Below are positions 1-11,928 of a stretch of 64,000 bases of DNA, piece by piece; within the stretch, counting starts at the first letter, position 1; every line of letters begins with the position of its first letter. The stretch comes from Methanocellales archaeon (GTDB taxonomy: Archaea > Halobacteriota > UBA148 > JAUWXC01): positions 53,812 through 117,811 of the forward strand of contig JAUWQV010000004.1 of NCBI GenBank assembly GCA_030610945.1, read 5' to 3'. A program made the translations under genes and the position numbers. The notes under the pieces were generated by a model. The model was not told where the DNA came from and did not search any database. It saw only the letters and a list, made by a program, of their open reading frames with translations.

Positions 1-96
1 GTCATATCCATAGTTATCTATGAAAAAATCTATGACCCTGAAAAAAGGGCTGGCTCCAAACCTTTTTATGAAGAATGATTCTTTCATTTTGCTCAT
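1..96 (-). CDS. N-terminal part of a small archaeal winged-HTH protein (runs off the window edge)
   Basis: Read by hand: MSKMKESFFIKRFGASPFFRVIDFFIDNYGYD..., with an AGGTG SD-like motif just upstream. Resembles the FG.SP..RV.DF.I.N..YD start of archaeal wHTH proteins. Confidence 0.6.
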   Translation of the reverse strand, partial: MSKMKESFFIKRFGASPFFRVIDFFIDNYGYD

Positions 97-159
97 CACC
101 TAATTATAAGACAACCTTTAAATATTTTTGCGTTCAACGATAAGTAAACTTTACAATAG

Positions 160-432
160 ATGATTTTCATGAAGGATGTAAAAGAACAGATCATATGGAA
201 ATTGGTGAGAAAAGGTTACTGGGGAAATAGGTTAATCAATTTTGATGATATGTTCAAACACTTCAAAGGTATAAGAAGGAGAGATTTTGAAAAAATATTG
301 AGAGAAATGCTAGACGAAGGTTTTCTGATAACAAAAACCGGCAAGTACGGAGCGAGATTCTCCCTTAATTCAAGTAAAAAGGCAGAGATAATGGAAACCT
401 ATGGACGAATTTTAGAAGATAAGTTGAAGTAA
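160..432 (+). CDS. small basic hypothetical protein, probable winged-helix fold
   Basis: 90 aa ORF with KLVRKGYWG and LREMLDEGFLITK..YGARFSLN; divergent from the wHTH gene at 1-96. Confidence 0.6.
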   Translation: MIFMKDVKEQIIWKLVRKGYWGNRLINFDDMFKHFKGIRRRDFEKILREMLDEGFLITKTGKYGARFSLNSSKKAEIMETYGRILEDKLK

Positions 433-497
433 ATGGTGGCCGGGAGACGTAATAATTACATAACATACACAAAAGAGATGTCGACAACGGCCTCGAT

Positions 498-938
498 CTA
501 CCCAAACTTAACAACATCAACACTGGCCTGTTTTAAAAACTCGAGCGCCGCCGTGTCTGGATACTGGTTGGCGTACACGACCTTCTTGATGCCTGCGTTG
601 ATCATCATCTTGGCGCAGAGAATGCAGGGCTGGTGCGTGCAGTACATGGTCGCGTTCTCAGTGCTCACGCCGTGAATGGCTGCCTGCAGAATCGCGTTCT
701 GCTCGGCATGAACCGCCCTGCACAGCTCATGGCGCTCGCCTGAGGGGATATTGTTTTGCTCCCTGATGCACCCGATGTCCAGGCAATGCGGCAACCCCTT
801 GGGCGCGCCATTGTATCCGGTTGCGATGATTCGTTTGTCTCTTACAATTACCGCCCCAACCTGATTCCTTAAACACGTGGACCTTTTTGCCACCACCGAT
901 GCAATTTCCATGAAATATTCGTCCACTGACGGCCTCAT
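498..938 (-). CDS. dCMP deaminase (cytidine/deoxycytidylate deaminase family)
   Basis: RSTCLR, TGYNG, HAEQNA and PCILC zinc motifs. Confidence 0.93.
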   Translation of the reverse strand: MRPSVDEYFMEIASVVAKRSTCLRNQVGAVIVRDKRIIATGYNGAPKGLPHCLDIGCIREQNNIPSGERHELCRAVHAEQNAILQAAIHGVSTENATMYCTHQPCILCAKMMINAGIKKVVYANQYPDTAALEFLKQASVDVVKFG

Positions 939-1702
939 TTTTTAGTCTCCCTTGCCTTGTTGGCGATTTTTGCAGCGAATGCCCCGGCGACAAAACCGGC
1001 ATCGATGTTCACCACCGAAAGCACCGAACACGACTGCAGCATTGACAGTAAAGCGGCTTCACCATTGCCGCCAGCACCATACCCCGTTGAAATAGGAAGC
1101 CCAATCACGGGAACATCTACAAGACCTGCCACCACTGCCGGCAGCGCTCCTTCCCTGCCCGCCGCAACCACGAGCGCGTCCACACCGGCATCGACCATCC
1201 TGCTTAACTCAGGAAAGAGCCTGTGAATGCCCGCAACGCCCACATCGTATGCACTAATGACCCTGCAGCCCATTTCCTCGGCGATGATTTTTGCCTCCTC
1301 AGCAACCGGAATATCCGCGGTTCCTGCAGCGATGATGCCGACAACACCCCCCGTAGAGGATTTCTTCTTTTTCCTGAGAATCGCTATCCTTGCATGCGGA
1401 TGCCACTCCACCCTGGATGCCTTTCGCAGCGCCTCCAGCTGCTCATCCGACACCCTCGTGATAATCGCCCTGCCCTCTGACTTCAATTGTGCCAGAGCTA
1501 TGTCTACGAGGTCTTCTATCCTCTTCCCCTCTGCCAGAATCACCTCAGGAATCCCAACCCGTGCCATCCTGTTTGCGTCAAGTTTTGCGACGTCGCCAAC
1601 ATTCTGGCACCCATAGAATCGTATCTGCTTCTCTGCCTCATCTGCGCTCATGCCACCTTTTTTTACCTTGTTGAGTAGGTCTCTTAGATACATTCCATCC
1701 AT
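935..1702 (-). CDS. larB: LarB-family (PurE/AIR carboxylase-like) nickel-pincer cofactor biosynthesis protein
   Basis: [56 protein letters not shown]. Confidence 0.9.
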   Translation of the reverse strand: MDGMYLRDLLNKVKKGGMSADEAEKQIRFYGCQNVGDVAKLDANRMARVGIPEVILAEGKRIEDLVDIALAQLKSEGRAIITRVSDEQLEALRKASRVEWHPHARIAILRKKKKSSTGGVVGIIAAGTADIPVAEEAKIIAEEMGCRVISAYDVGVAGIHRLFPELSRMVDAGVDALVVAAGREGALPAVVAGLVDVPVIGLPISTGYGAGGNGEAALLSMLQSCSVLSVVNIDAGFVAGAFAAKIANKARETKK

Positions 1703-1795
1703 ACTATACGCGACTCACTAATATGTTCTTTGGAAGAAGTATTAAATGATATACGTGTAGTTATAAATAGTGCCTTGCTGGAGTGATGAGATAAA

Positions 1796-3010
1796 ATGAA
1801 GGTCCAGAGACCGAGGGGGACACGCGATTTTTTACCCATGGATATGGCAAAGAGGCGCTTTATCGAATGCCAAATGCGAGAGATTGTGGAGCGCTGGGGA
1901 TATCAAGAGGTTCAAACACCGACCTTTGAGGACCTGAAGTTGTTCACCATCAAGTCCGGCGATGCCATTGTAGAGGAGATTTATGCGTTCAAGGATAAAG
2001 GCGGAAGAGATCTGGCGCTTCGCCCTGAATTGACCGCGCCCATAGTTAGGATGTATGTGAACGAGTTTCAGAAAAAGCCAAAGCCGCTGAGATTTTACTA
2101 TTTTGGAAATTGCTTCAGGTACGAGAGGCCGCAAAAGTCTCGGTTCAGGGAATTCTGGCACTTTGGAGCGGAGCTGATTGGCAGCAATAAACCAGAGGCG
2201 GACGCCGAGGTCATCGCACTTGCATCTGCCATATTAGATGAGATAGGGCTCGATGGGGACCTGCGTATCGGGCATCTGGGAGTGCTGAGAATACTTGTGC
2301 GCTCGCTGGCACCGGAAGTGCAACGCGCAGCCATGAGGTGCATCGATAAAAAGGACGTGCAGGGACTTGTGAAACTTCTGGAAGACTGCGATGCCACATT
2401 AAAGCAGAATATTCTCCACCTGATAAAGAGCAAGAGCACCAGCGATGCACGCGAAATCGTTGGGGATATCCCGGAATTGAGACAGTTCGAGGATATGTTA
2501 AACACACTGGATGCACTGGGGGTGCAGTACAGTGTCGACTTCGGCATTGCCAGGGGCCTGGAATATTATACCGGCATGGTATTCGAAATATATGCAAAAA
2601 ATTTGGGCGCGCAAAATCAGATATGCGGTGGAGGGGCATATCGCCTGGCGCATCTGCTGGACGGAGAGGATGTGCCGTCTACGGGCTTCGCCTTCGGTTT
2701 TGATAGGGTCATCGAGGCGCTTGATATCAAAATGGCACCTCAAAAAAAGGTCGTTGTTATAACAAGAGACGAGACGAGAAAGGAGGCTCTTAAAATTGCA
2801 AACTCCCTGCGAAGGCATGTGCCAACACACGTCGACGTGATGGAGCGGAGCGTTACCGCCCAGATATCCTATGCCAATGCAATTGGCGCTTCCTATGCAG
2901 TCATCGTGGGCCCAAAGGAGTTGCAGGCAGGAAAGGTAACACTCAAAGACATGGAAACCGGAGAGCAGGAGTTGTTGGCGCTGGATGACGTTATCCAACG
3001 TATGGCATGA
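1796..3010 (+). CDS. hisS: histidyl-tRNA synthetase
   Basis: RPRGTRDF, LRPELTAP, FRYERPQ, RGLEYYTG, ICGGGAY; C-terminal anticodon-binding domain. Confidence 0.97.
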   Translation: MKVQRPRGTRDFLPMDMAKRRFIECQMREIVERWGYQEVQTPTFEDLKLFTIKSGDAIVEEIYAFKDKGGRDLALRPELTAPIVRMYVNEFQKKPKPLRFYYFGNCFRYERPQKSRFREFWHFGAELIGSNKPEADAEVIALASAILDEIGLDGDLRIGHLGVLRILVRSLAPEVQRAAMRCIDKKDVQGLVKLLEDCDATLKQNILHLIKSKSTSDAREIVGDIPELRQFEDMLNTLDALGVQYSVDFGIARGLEYYTGMVFEIYAKNLGAQNQICGGGAYRLAHLLDGEDVPSTGFAFGFDRVIEALDIKMAPQKKVVVITRDETRKEALKIANSLRRHVPTHVDVMERSVTAQISYANAIGASYAVIVGPKELQAGKVTLKDMETGEQELLALDDVIQRMA

Positions 3011-3860
3011 GCGCAAAGGCAGTGTATACGAGGAGCATGAGAATCACAGAATGTTTTAAGCCGGCAGTAATTTCTCCTTCCCCCATCTGACCGGCAACGA
3101 GCCCTGATACGAAGGCTTGAATGATTGCCGTGTGGAAGAATAACCTCTCGTATAGTATTGGATCAAATGCCATGAGGAAAAATCCCCCTGTCTCTCCGAT
3201 AGCTGCTCCTGCCTCGGACATGACCGGCAGGAAAAACGCTGATAGAATCATGATGACAAAAAGAAAGACAAAGGATGCCAGATAACATATCGCAACGTAT
3301 ATGGCCATGCTGCCGCGCCGCTCATCGTCCATGGCTTTGATATCCCTGGCATCTTTTGCAGCCACCTCCAGGATAGTGGGAACGTTTGCCCCTGCCCTCT
3401 CTGCCTGGATAATCAATGAAACCGTTCGCCTGATTAACGGCGTTTTTACCCTTTTGGCAAACTCTTGTAGCGCCTCCTGGAATGGAATGCCCCATGACAC
3501 CAGCGCATCCATCTTCTTTACCTCGCGAGTCAGGGCACCGTATTCGCCCCTTGCTACGGCCCTTAAGCCCCTGGGAAGTGTCATGCCGGAGCGTTTAATC
3601 TCGGCTAAATCTCGTATGAAATTTGGAAAGCTTTCTTCAATTTGCTTTATGCGCATATACCGGTAATATTGTGCAAAACCGGGCGGTGCTACTGCAATTA
3701 GCACAGCAAAAATGACTACGTCATCGACGAGGGGTGTGCCTCCATACACGTGCAGGCCAAAGAGAAGGAATATCATGGCAGCGGGCACGCTAAGAATCAT
3801 CGCATAGATGGGCTTTTCCGTAGGAATTGCCCTTATTTTTTTAGTAAGATTGAAATTCAC
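2991..3860 (-). CDS. type IV pilus/T2SS F-family membrane platform protein (TadC-like)
   Basis: FPNFIRDLAE..RSG, YGALT.EV, multiple TM helices, GLKHS at the C-terminus; downstream of the ATPase. Confidence 0.88.
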   Translation of the reverse strand: MNFNLTKKIRAIPTEKPIYAMILSVPAAMIFLLFGLHVYGGTPLVDDVVIFAVLIAVAPPGFAQYYRYMRIKQIEESFPNFIRDLAEIKRSGMTLPRGLRAVARGEYGALTREVKKMDALVSWGIPFQEALQEFAKRVKTPLIRRTVSLIIQAERAGANVPTILEVAAKDARDIKAMDDERRGSMAIYVAICYLASFVFLFVIMILSAFFLPVMSEAGAAIGETGGFFLMAFDPILYERLFFHTAIIQAFVSGLVAGQMGEGEITAGLKHSVILMLLVYTAFALMPYVG

Positions 3861-3864
3861 CTTA

Positions 3865-4731
3865 TCACGCCCTCGGAGTGGTCATCTTGGTTGCCAATAT
3901 TGTGACTGCCCCGCCCAATGGGATGAGGAAATATGTAATTAAATACAATGGCCTAGGAGCGCCCCCGCTCAACATTAACATGACGGATAACATAATGGTA
4001 AGGAGCAGGGGGCCTGCTACAAACGCCGCCACGTACATCTCGCCTATTAATCCCAGGGTTTCAATAAACTCTTTTTGGGCTAACCTGTTCTCGTTTGCAT
4101 ACACCTCTGCCTTGATTCTAAAATAGGGCTCAAGCTCGCCACCAGACGTGCTCGTCGTAATCACGCCATACAGAAACTCCTGCAACCGCATGGATGGTGT
4201 GGTCGCAGCGACGTTCTTTACTGCAGTATTCAAATCACGCCCGAAGAGGTCAATGTCCCTGACGATGTATCTTGCTTCGACGGCGACGTCCCCATATATG
4301 TCCGCCTTTGCCAGCGAACGAAAGACATCTGCAGGGATTACCTTTGCCCCTGCCATGGCAGCGATGTAGTTGATGGCATATGGCAGCACGGCATCAATAC
4401 GCCTTTTGCGTCTAGCAGCCACTAAGGAAGGATATACCAAAAAGCCAAGGTATGTTAGCATGCAAAATCCAATGCCAATGAGGATGGAAAGACTAACAGT
4501 AATGACATTTAGAGAGCCAAAGACGTGCACAATTATAATGGCAATAATGGTGCCCAAAGCCCCGGCTAGAACAGCGCACACTAAAGTAGTGGCGAGATAC
4601 ATCTCGAATGTGGTTTCCATCCTTGTTTTTAACAGGTCTTGCCGAAGCCCATAGTACTTTTCCCTGTGCGATTTGAGCTGGTCGCCCAAGATGCCATATG
4701 CAAACGTTTGAAGGGCATTAACCACGCACAT
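3865..4731 (-). CDS. type IV pilus/T2SS F-family membrane platform protein (TadC-like)
   Basis: RIDAVLPYAINYIAAMA, TTPSMRLQEFL and TM helices; coupled to the ATPase gene. Confidence 0.88.
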   Translation of the reverse strand: MCVVNALQTFAYGILGDQLKSHREKYYGLRQDLLKTRMETTFEMYLATTLVCAVLAGALGTIIAIIIVHVFGSLNVITVSLSILIGIGFCMLTYLGFLVYPSLVAARRKRRIDAVLPYAINYIAAMAGAKVIPADVFRSLAKADIYGDVAVEARYIVRDIDLFGRDLNTAVKNVAATTPSMRLQEFLYGVITTSTSGGELEPYFRIKAEVYANENRLAQKEFIETLGLIGEMYVAAFVAGPLLLTIMLSVMLMLSGGAPRPLYLITYFLIPLGGAVTILATKMTTPRA

Positions 4732-6526
4732 CCCGCCTGACCATTTTCATCAGTTTTTCGGGCTCCCTGTAATACATGACCACTATCTTTGCCACATCTT
4801 CATAGTGCGTTATGCCTTTTTTCCTCATATATTCTAATATATCCTGGCGTATTTTCAGTTCTTCCGCCATCCTTTTTTCATCCCAGGAATGCTCATTCAT
4901 TATGTCCTCCAAAACATAGGAGCGGCCGCTATATTCGAACGTATCGGATGATGGAACCCACTTGAAGATTTCGTTGGTTAGCAACTCGCCGGTTCTCGAA
5001 TCCACACCGACAATCTCGGTGAGCGTTTTCATTCTCCGTACCCTCTTGCCACCGACCCTGGCTTGAAGCTGAATGGCGACCAGGTCCAGTGATTTGAGCA
5101 ATATCCGCGGAATATTAATCGGTGGATTCTCCAGCCTGTGCACCACAGAGAGTATAGAATCTGCATGCATCGTCGAGAACGTGGTATGGCCGGTCGCCAT
5201 TGCCTGAAACAGCACAGATGCTTCCTTCCCGCGCACTTCCCCTACAATTAAGAACTCAGGCCTTTGTCGCAATGCAGAACGAAGCAGTTCATACATGTCA
5301 ATTTCACCTGCTCCCTCTCCAGCCACCTCCCTCGTAACACCTGGAATCCAATTCGGATGCGGCAGATTTAATTCCCTGGTATCTTCGATTGAGACAATCT
5401 TCATCTCAGGGGGGATGAACAGCGCTATGGCATTAAGCGTAGATGTTTTGCCCGAAGCTGTGCCGCCAGCGAATATGATGCTTTTGCTGTGTTCTACAGC
5501 CAGCCAGAGGTGTGCAATCGCCCCAACTGGAAAAGTATGGAACTCGATGAGGTCTGGCGGAGTAAAAGGGCTTTCCCTGAATTTTCTGACGGTAAACGTG
5601 CTTCCCTTGGTGGTGATTTCTTTGCCCAGCGTTAACTGTACCCTGGAACCATCTGGCAGCGTCCCGTCCAGCAGGGGGTCTGCGATGGATATGTGCCTTC
5701 CGCAAATCTGGGCTAACTTGATGATAAAGGAATCCAAGTCATCCTCTTCTTCAAATATCACATTAGTTTCGATTGATTCGTACTTTTTATGATACACAAA
5801 AATGGGGGTGCCCGGACCGTCGCAGGAGATGTCCTCAATCCCTGGATCTCTCATTATTGGATCGATTTTTCCATAATTCAGAAACTCGCGTATTAAATAG
5901 TACATAATCTTCTCTTTCGAGACGGAGCCAAGCTCTATGCGGTAATCCTTCAAAATCTTGTTCGTGCTATTTTTCAGATATAGAAGTGCGCCCTGTTCTT
6001 CGAATACCCTTAGGTCAACATCCAGCGCCTCGATTAATTTGGTTCGCATGTCCTTGAATAACTTTTGCTCGCTCCTACTCAACCTGGGCTCAAGAACCTG
6101 GTAACGATATTCATGTGTAGCCGGCTCATCTATAATCCGTATATAGGCATACGGCGCGTTAACGGGATATGTCTCAATCACTTTGTACGAAACGTCTTTT
6201 GGCGCACCCAAGTCAACCAGTGGGCCATGTTTTTTTAGATTATATGTCTCCTCTTTTGGCATCCCAAATAGGCGCTCACGTATATGCCAGAGCGGTGGCT
6301 TGCGCTCGATTTGTTCTGCCTTTTGCACTTTGACGGGGGGCGGGACCGGTTCTTTTTTGGCTATTTTGCCCTCTTTCACTGCCTTTTTCCATACTGCCTC
6401 AACCTCTTTGCCCACCTTGGCCCTTTTTGAAACTTTAACCTTTGGCGTTATTAACCGCTCCAATGTCTCCCTCGAGACGTCCGTTGCCTTTTTGCGCCTT
6501 TTCTTGGAGACTTTTTTCTTTACCAT
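4718..6526 (-). CDS. type II/IV secretion system ATPase (PilB/ArlI-like)
   Basis: EDISCDG, Walker A GGTASGKT, IEDTREL, LRQRP, VGEVRG, TGH..STMHA. Confidence 0.95.
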   Translation of the reverse strand: MVKKKVSKKRRKKATDVSRETLERLITPKVKVSKRAKVGKEVEAVWKKAVKEGKIAKKEPVPPPVKVQKAEQIERKPPLWHIRERLFGMPKEETYNLKKHGPLVDLGAPKDVSYKVIETYPVNAPYAYIRIIDEPATHEYRYQVLEPRLSRSEQKLFKDMRTKLIEALDVDLRVFEEQGALLYLKNSTNKILKDYRIELGSVSKEKIMYYLIREFLNYGKIDPIMRDPGIEDISCDGPGTPIFVYHKKYESIETNVIFEEEDDLDSFIIKLAQICGRHISIADPLLDGTLPDGSRVQLTLGKEITTKGSTFTVRKFRESPFTPPDLIEFHTFPVGAIAHLWLAVEHSKSIIFAGGTASGKTSTLNAIALFIPPEMKIVSIEDTRELNLPHPNWIPGVTREVAGEGAGEIDMYELLRSALRQRPEFLIVGEVRGKEASVLFQAMATGHTTFSTMHADSILSVVHRLENPPINIPRILLKSLDLVAIQLQARVGGKRVRRMKTLTEIVGVDSRTGELLTNEIFKWVPSSDTFEYSGRSYVLEDIMNEHSWDEKRMAEELKIRQDILEYMRKKGITHYEDVAKIVVMYYREPEKLMKMVRRDVRG

Positions 6527-6555
6527 CGCCCATCACCTAAATTACTAATAATATT

Positions 6556-7347
6556 TTAATAAAAGCGGGACATAAATGAGTCCTTGAATTTTTCGATTAA
6601 TCCCTTTTCTTCCAACTTGCCAAACCTCTCTTCAAACAAAGATGTAGCTAATCTATTAAATGCTTTAGCTGCGGGCGAGTTCGGTGCATCACTCACCACG
6701 GGCGCCCTGAGTATGGATGCCTTCTTCACCTTTGAATCCTCAGGGATTACCTGCAGAATATCAAGGTCCAGCAGTTCTTCCACTTTCTCGACCGACAGTT
6801 CGTCCTTTTTGCCAACCCTGTTGAGAATTACGCCCCTTACCTCGCTGTCGTACCTCTCTGCCAACATCTTAATTTTCAGGGCATCCACAATGGATGCCAG
6901 GTCAGGATTAACCACCAGGAATATGCCGTCCGCTACCCTTAGCGGCACCATGCACTCTTTACTCATTCCCGGCGGCGCGTCAATCAGTACAAAATCGGCC
7001 ATCTTGCGAAGTTGCCCGACAACACCTGGAAATCTCTTGAACGATGTCCGCGAGCCTTGCAATGAGATGCCGCTTGGCAGAACTTTTACCCCGGCATACC
7101 CACCATATATCGCATTCGTTACATTTGCCTTGCCAGCCAACACCTCATGCAACGTAGGCATGCACTCTTCTAATCCAAGCACTAAACCCATATTAGCCAT
7201 GCCGATATCTGCATCCACCATGATGACTTTTGGCTCCCCGAGATGGCGAGAATATAGGGTTGCAAGTGCGACACCGAGATTTACCACGGTCGTCGTTTTT
7301 CCTGTACCGCCCTTGCCTGAAGCAATAGTATATACCTTTGATTTCAT
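6556..7347 (-). CDS. minD: MinD/ParA-family ATPase
   Basis: deviant Walker A SGKGGTGKTT, DADIGMAN, IDAPPG, IPED..V. Confidence 0.88.
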   Translation of the reverse strand: MKSKVYTIASGKGGTGKTTTVVNLGVALATLYSRHLGEPKVIMVDADIGMANMGLVLGLEECMPTLHEVLAGKANVTNAIYGGYAGVKVLPSGISLQGSRTSFKRFPGVVGQLRKMADFVLIDAPPGMSKECMVPLRVADGIFLVVNPDLASIVDALKIKMLAERYDSEVRGVILNRVGKKDELSVEKVEELLDLDILQVIPEDSKVKKASILRAPVVSDAPNSPAAKAFNRLATSLFEERFGKLEEKGLIEKFKDSFMSRFY

Positions 7348-7380
7348 GACACGCCCATTATGTTTTATTCAGCACATATA

Positions 7381-7655
7381 TTAAAACCTAATATCAAAAC
7401 GGTCAAATTCACCAGTATATGGCTTCTGCATGACCTGCACATCCGTAACACGCGCCATAGGCGCCCCTTCTCGCAGCAACGAGACTAAGTCCTCAACCCT
7501 GCTTTCTACCCCCTCCACAACAACTTCGACACACCCGTCATCCAGATTTTTAACATACCCCTTCAAGCCCAAAGCAGACGCGTGCTGCGCCGTAAAGGAG
7601 CGAAAGCCCACCATTTGAACCTTGCCTGAGATGAGAATTTCAGCGCGTATTTTAG

Positions 7656-7659
<4 letters not shown>
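7381..7659 (-). CDS. acyP: acylphosphatase
   Basis: SGKVQMVGFR, GYVKNLDDG.VE. Confidence 0.93.
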
Positions 7660-9118
<1,459 letters not shown>

Positions 9119-9201
9119 TTATATGTTAAAGAGTAATGATGTTGGTTTTCATAAACTCATCGGATTCTTCATCTGACAATTTCACTTACGCACTTCGTGA
9201 A

Positions 9202-10065
9202 TTATATATGCAGGATTGCCACATTCCAGCCCTTTTTAATGCCAAGAGATGTGGCGATTGGCTCGCACTTTGCCCGAAGAAGATATGCAATCGGCCCAAA
9301 ATCGTATTCTGACAGCGCTTCGTAATTCGCCATGCCCTTGCTGATAATCAGCGAAGCATTTTTCAGTGCCTCTTTCAACTCGTTGGGCGCTTCATTTAGG
9401 TCAATACCTACGGCATTTGACCCGGTGGTCAATACCCGGTCCGCCTTTTTGCCGACCCCGGTCTCCTCTGCATCTTCCAGCGTGGCATCCGTGAGTATGG
9501 GAGCGCCCTTGACCGCTAATGTCACCTTTCCACCCAGTCCCTTAATCTGGTCCAGCACCAGTCCATCAAAGACGATTTCTCCACAGTTATCTGTAAGATA
9601 TAGAACGTCGTCCAAGAGCACCTTCATCTTATCCGTATCGTCAACGTCCAGCCCTTTTTTGAACATATCCATGAAGTAGGCATCAAATTGTTCTTCGGGC
9701 TCAAATCCGAGCACGCCAAAGTCAAACGTATTTCCAGCAATGGATGCGATGACACTTCTACGAAATGCATCATCTTTGGTTGACGTTACCATTTCCTCCG
9801 CCATTGGAAGCAATTTCAGTGCGATTTCATTACTCATTTTCTTCTTTGTAACATATGGATCCTCATCGCCAAGAACCTCGTATGCCCTCCTGTGTATTTC
9901 GGTTGAGATATAGGTGGCTGGCGTGTTTATGGAAAAACTCTCATTCAACCACCGAATGCCTGCTTGAATAGCCCTCTGCTGAAGTTCCGGGTCATCTGTA
10001 GACAATGCTGCTTCATAATGCACCCTGGCCAGCAGGCAGGGCGCACATCTCGGGTGTGCTTTCAA
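9202..10065 (-). CDS. ARMT1/DUF89 damage-control metal-dependent phosphatase
   Basis: C..CL N-terminus, GNTFDFG, DNCGEIVFD, KGMANYE, AKCEPIA; TTG start inferred. Confidence 0.88.
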   Translation of the reverse strand: MKAHPRCAPCLLARVHYEAALSTDDPELQQRAIQAGIRWLNESFSINTPATYISTEIHRRAYEVLGDEDPYVTKKKMSNEIALKLLPMAEEMVTSTKDDAFRRSVIASIAGNTFDFGVLGFEPEEQFDAYFMDMFKKGLDVDDTDKMKVLLDDVLYLTDNCGEIVFDGLVLDQIKGLGGKVTLAVKGAPILTDATLEDAEETGVGKKADRVLTTGSNAVGIDLNEAPNELKEALKNASLIISKGMANYEALSEYDFGPIAYLLRAKCEPIATSLGIKKGWNVAILHI

Positions 10066-10122
10066 TAAATCACCGCACCGAAGTTTTAATGTAATAGGAC
10101 ATAAAGATTGTTTGTGATTAAT

Positions 10123-10470
10123 ATGGCAGAAGAAAAAAGTCCGAAAGAAATGAAGTTGGATGAATTGAAAAATTATGTTGACCAAAAATTCAAGGACGTA
10201 GAGGCAGCACTGCGAGAAGTAGAAGCGAAGGCGATAAAAGAGCCGGTCGGCAAGAGTTTAGAAGAGCCCCTCAGGAAATTTGAGGACCTTGCCATTTCGC
10301 TGTCGGCGCTGGCACTCGGCGTAGCATCAGATGTGGCATCCAGACTCAGCGAAACGGGAAAGGGAGAAGAATATGTGAAACTCGCCTCTGATTTAGGAGA
10401 GAAAGGGAAAGAGGCAAAGCTTAAACTGGCAGACAGTTTGGAGGCTCTAGCCAAAAAACTAAGAGAGTAG
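10123..10470 (+). CDS. hypothetical helical/coiled-coil protein
   Basis: Glu/Lys/Leu-rich ORF divergent from the DUF89 gene. Confidence 0.6.
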   Translation: MAEEKSPKEMKLDELKNYVDQKFKDVEAALREVEAKAIKEPVGKSLEEPLRKFEDLAISLSALALGVASDVASRLSETGKGEEYVKLASDLGEKGKEAKLKLADSLEALAKKLRE

Positions 10471-10527
10471 GCATCTCTTAATCTTTGTTACTCAATTATT
10501 TATGCAAACGAGACTAAAAGCGCCCGT

Positions 10528-11874
10528 GTGCAAACGCGCCGAATAATATTAGTGTTATTGATCGTATGTCTCATACTTCCGATAGCTGGTGCTACCGACA
10601 TCGTCATCAATCCCGTATCCAGTCCCAATGGGGCAATCCTGCTAGTTGTGGATGGCCTGGGCTCATCTTATTTTTACCCTGAGTTTGTGCCATACGATTT
10701 AGATGGAAATGAATTGATGAAAGCTGAAGCCGACAACATCATATTAATCGCCGATGGCGGTGTGCGCGTTTTAGATGTTACAGCGCCCCAGCCGAAAACT
10801 ACACCCGGGCACTCTATACTTGCCACAGGCTACTCGCATGCGAACCCATCGATAGTGGGATTTGATGATGCAACGATTTTTGACTCCGCACATAAGCACG
10901 ATTACCTGTGCATTGCAGTGATGCAAAAGGGCGATTTTGAGGCTCTTAGGGCCAAACAGGATATTATCCTCTTCGATAGTTCCAACTCGCTCAAAACGCC
11001 GACCGCAGACCTGGAGATTAATGCCCAAGTGCCAGCAGATGTGGTTGAGTTGATGGAGGAATGGCAAAATGGTCTTCCATGTTATTTAGAGGGTAAAGAG
11101 GGAATCGAAAGATATGGTGCCTATAACAGGTGGGGTATTGATACATCAGATGCAATTGTGCGCCATATGTGCAACCACTATCCAAACCAGAAATTCCTGC
11201 TCACCGTGAATGTTGGCGCAGTAGATGTGGCCGGCCATTACAGGGGACCGGAACAGTATGTGAAATTGATCGAAGAACTGGATGGAGACATATGCAATCT
11301 TTACTGCACATGTTTCGAGAATGATTTAGCGCTTATCATAACCGCAGACCATGGGATGAGTTTCAGAAAGACGGAGAATGGCAGGTATGTAGGAGGGCAT
11401 GCCTCGGATACATATGTAGATGCCGTGGAGAGCCGGCGAATACCGCTGATAATAAGCGGCCCAAATGTGCAAATCGGCATAATCAACGAAACACATGGTC
11501 AAGAGGACATTGCACCGACGCTGCTCAGTATACTAGACGTTACGGAAGTGCTGCTACACTCAGATGGAGGCACTATTCCCGTTAAAAAATACGCCAATCT
11601 GCGCGTCATCGCGGACTCACCCACAGAGATAACACTGCAGAGGGAGGGTGTTATCATATATTCCATTACTGATGAAGATGTTACATTCATCGGACTGGCG
11701 CCAGGAGAGTATACAATTTCAACAGGCAGGCATACAATGAGCGTAAATTTAGACTCGGACCAGGTGATTGAAATCGAGGCATCCTCATATGACGGGACAG
11801 TTCTGGCTGCCGCAATAATATCTGTAATTATGATTGGCGGCGGATTGACAATCAGAGAGATTATAAAGGAATGA
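10528..11874 (+). CDS. secreted, membrane-anchored alkaline-phosphatase-superfamily metalloenzyme
   Basis: signal peptide, VVDGLG, D.AGH, TADHGM, DIAPTL, C-terminal TM helix. Confidence 0.8.
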   Translation: MQTRRIILVLLIVCLILPIAGATDIVINPVSSPNGAILLVVDGLGSSYFYPEFVPYDLDGNELMKAEADNIILIADGGVRVLDVTAPQPKTTPGHSILATGYSHANPSIVGFDDATIFDSAHKHDYLCIAVMQKGDFEALRAKQDIILFDSSNSLKTPTADLEINAQVPADVVELMEEWQNGLPCYLEGKEGIERYGAYNRWGIDTSDAIVRHMCNHYPNQKFLLTVNVGAVDVAGHYRGPEQYVKLIEELDGDICNLYCTCFENDLALIITADHGMSFRKTENGRYVGGHASDTYVDAVESRRIPLIISGPNVQIGIINETHGQEDIAPTLLSILDVTEVLLHSDGGTIPVKKYANLRVIADSPTEITLQREGVIIYSITDEDVTFIGLAPGEYTISTGRHTMSVNLDSDQVIEIEASSYDGTVLAAAIISVIMIGGGLTIREIIKE

Positions 11875-11928
11875 CCTATGCGATATTACCATTTGTTATA
11901 AATAACATACAAAATTATTACTCCTTAT

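Noticed and set aside
935-1702. larB without neighbouring larA/larC/larE
   Set aside because: Dispersed lar genes are common in methanogen-lineage archaea, and the partners may lie elsewhere in the genome.
6584-7384. 266-aa plus-strand ORF, and similar long antisense ORFs such as 8595-9176, 12810-13406, 24861-25559 and 41682-42281
   Set aside because: They are shadows on the opposite strand of well-supported genes, with Ser/Thr/Pro-rich composition and no motifs.
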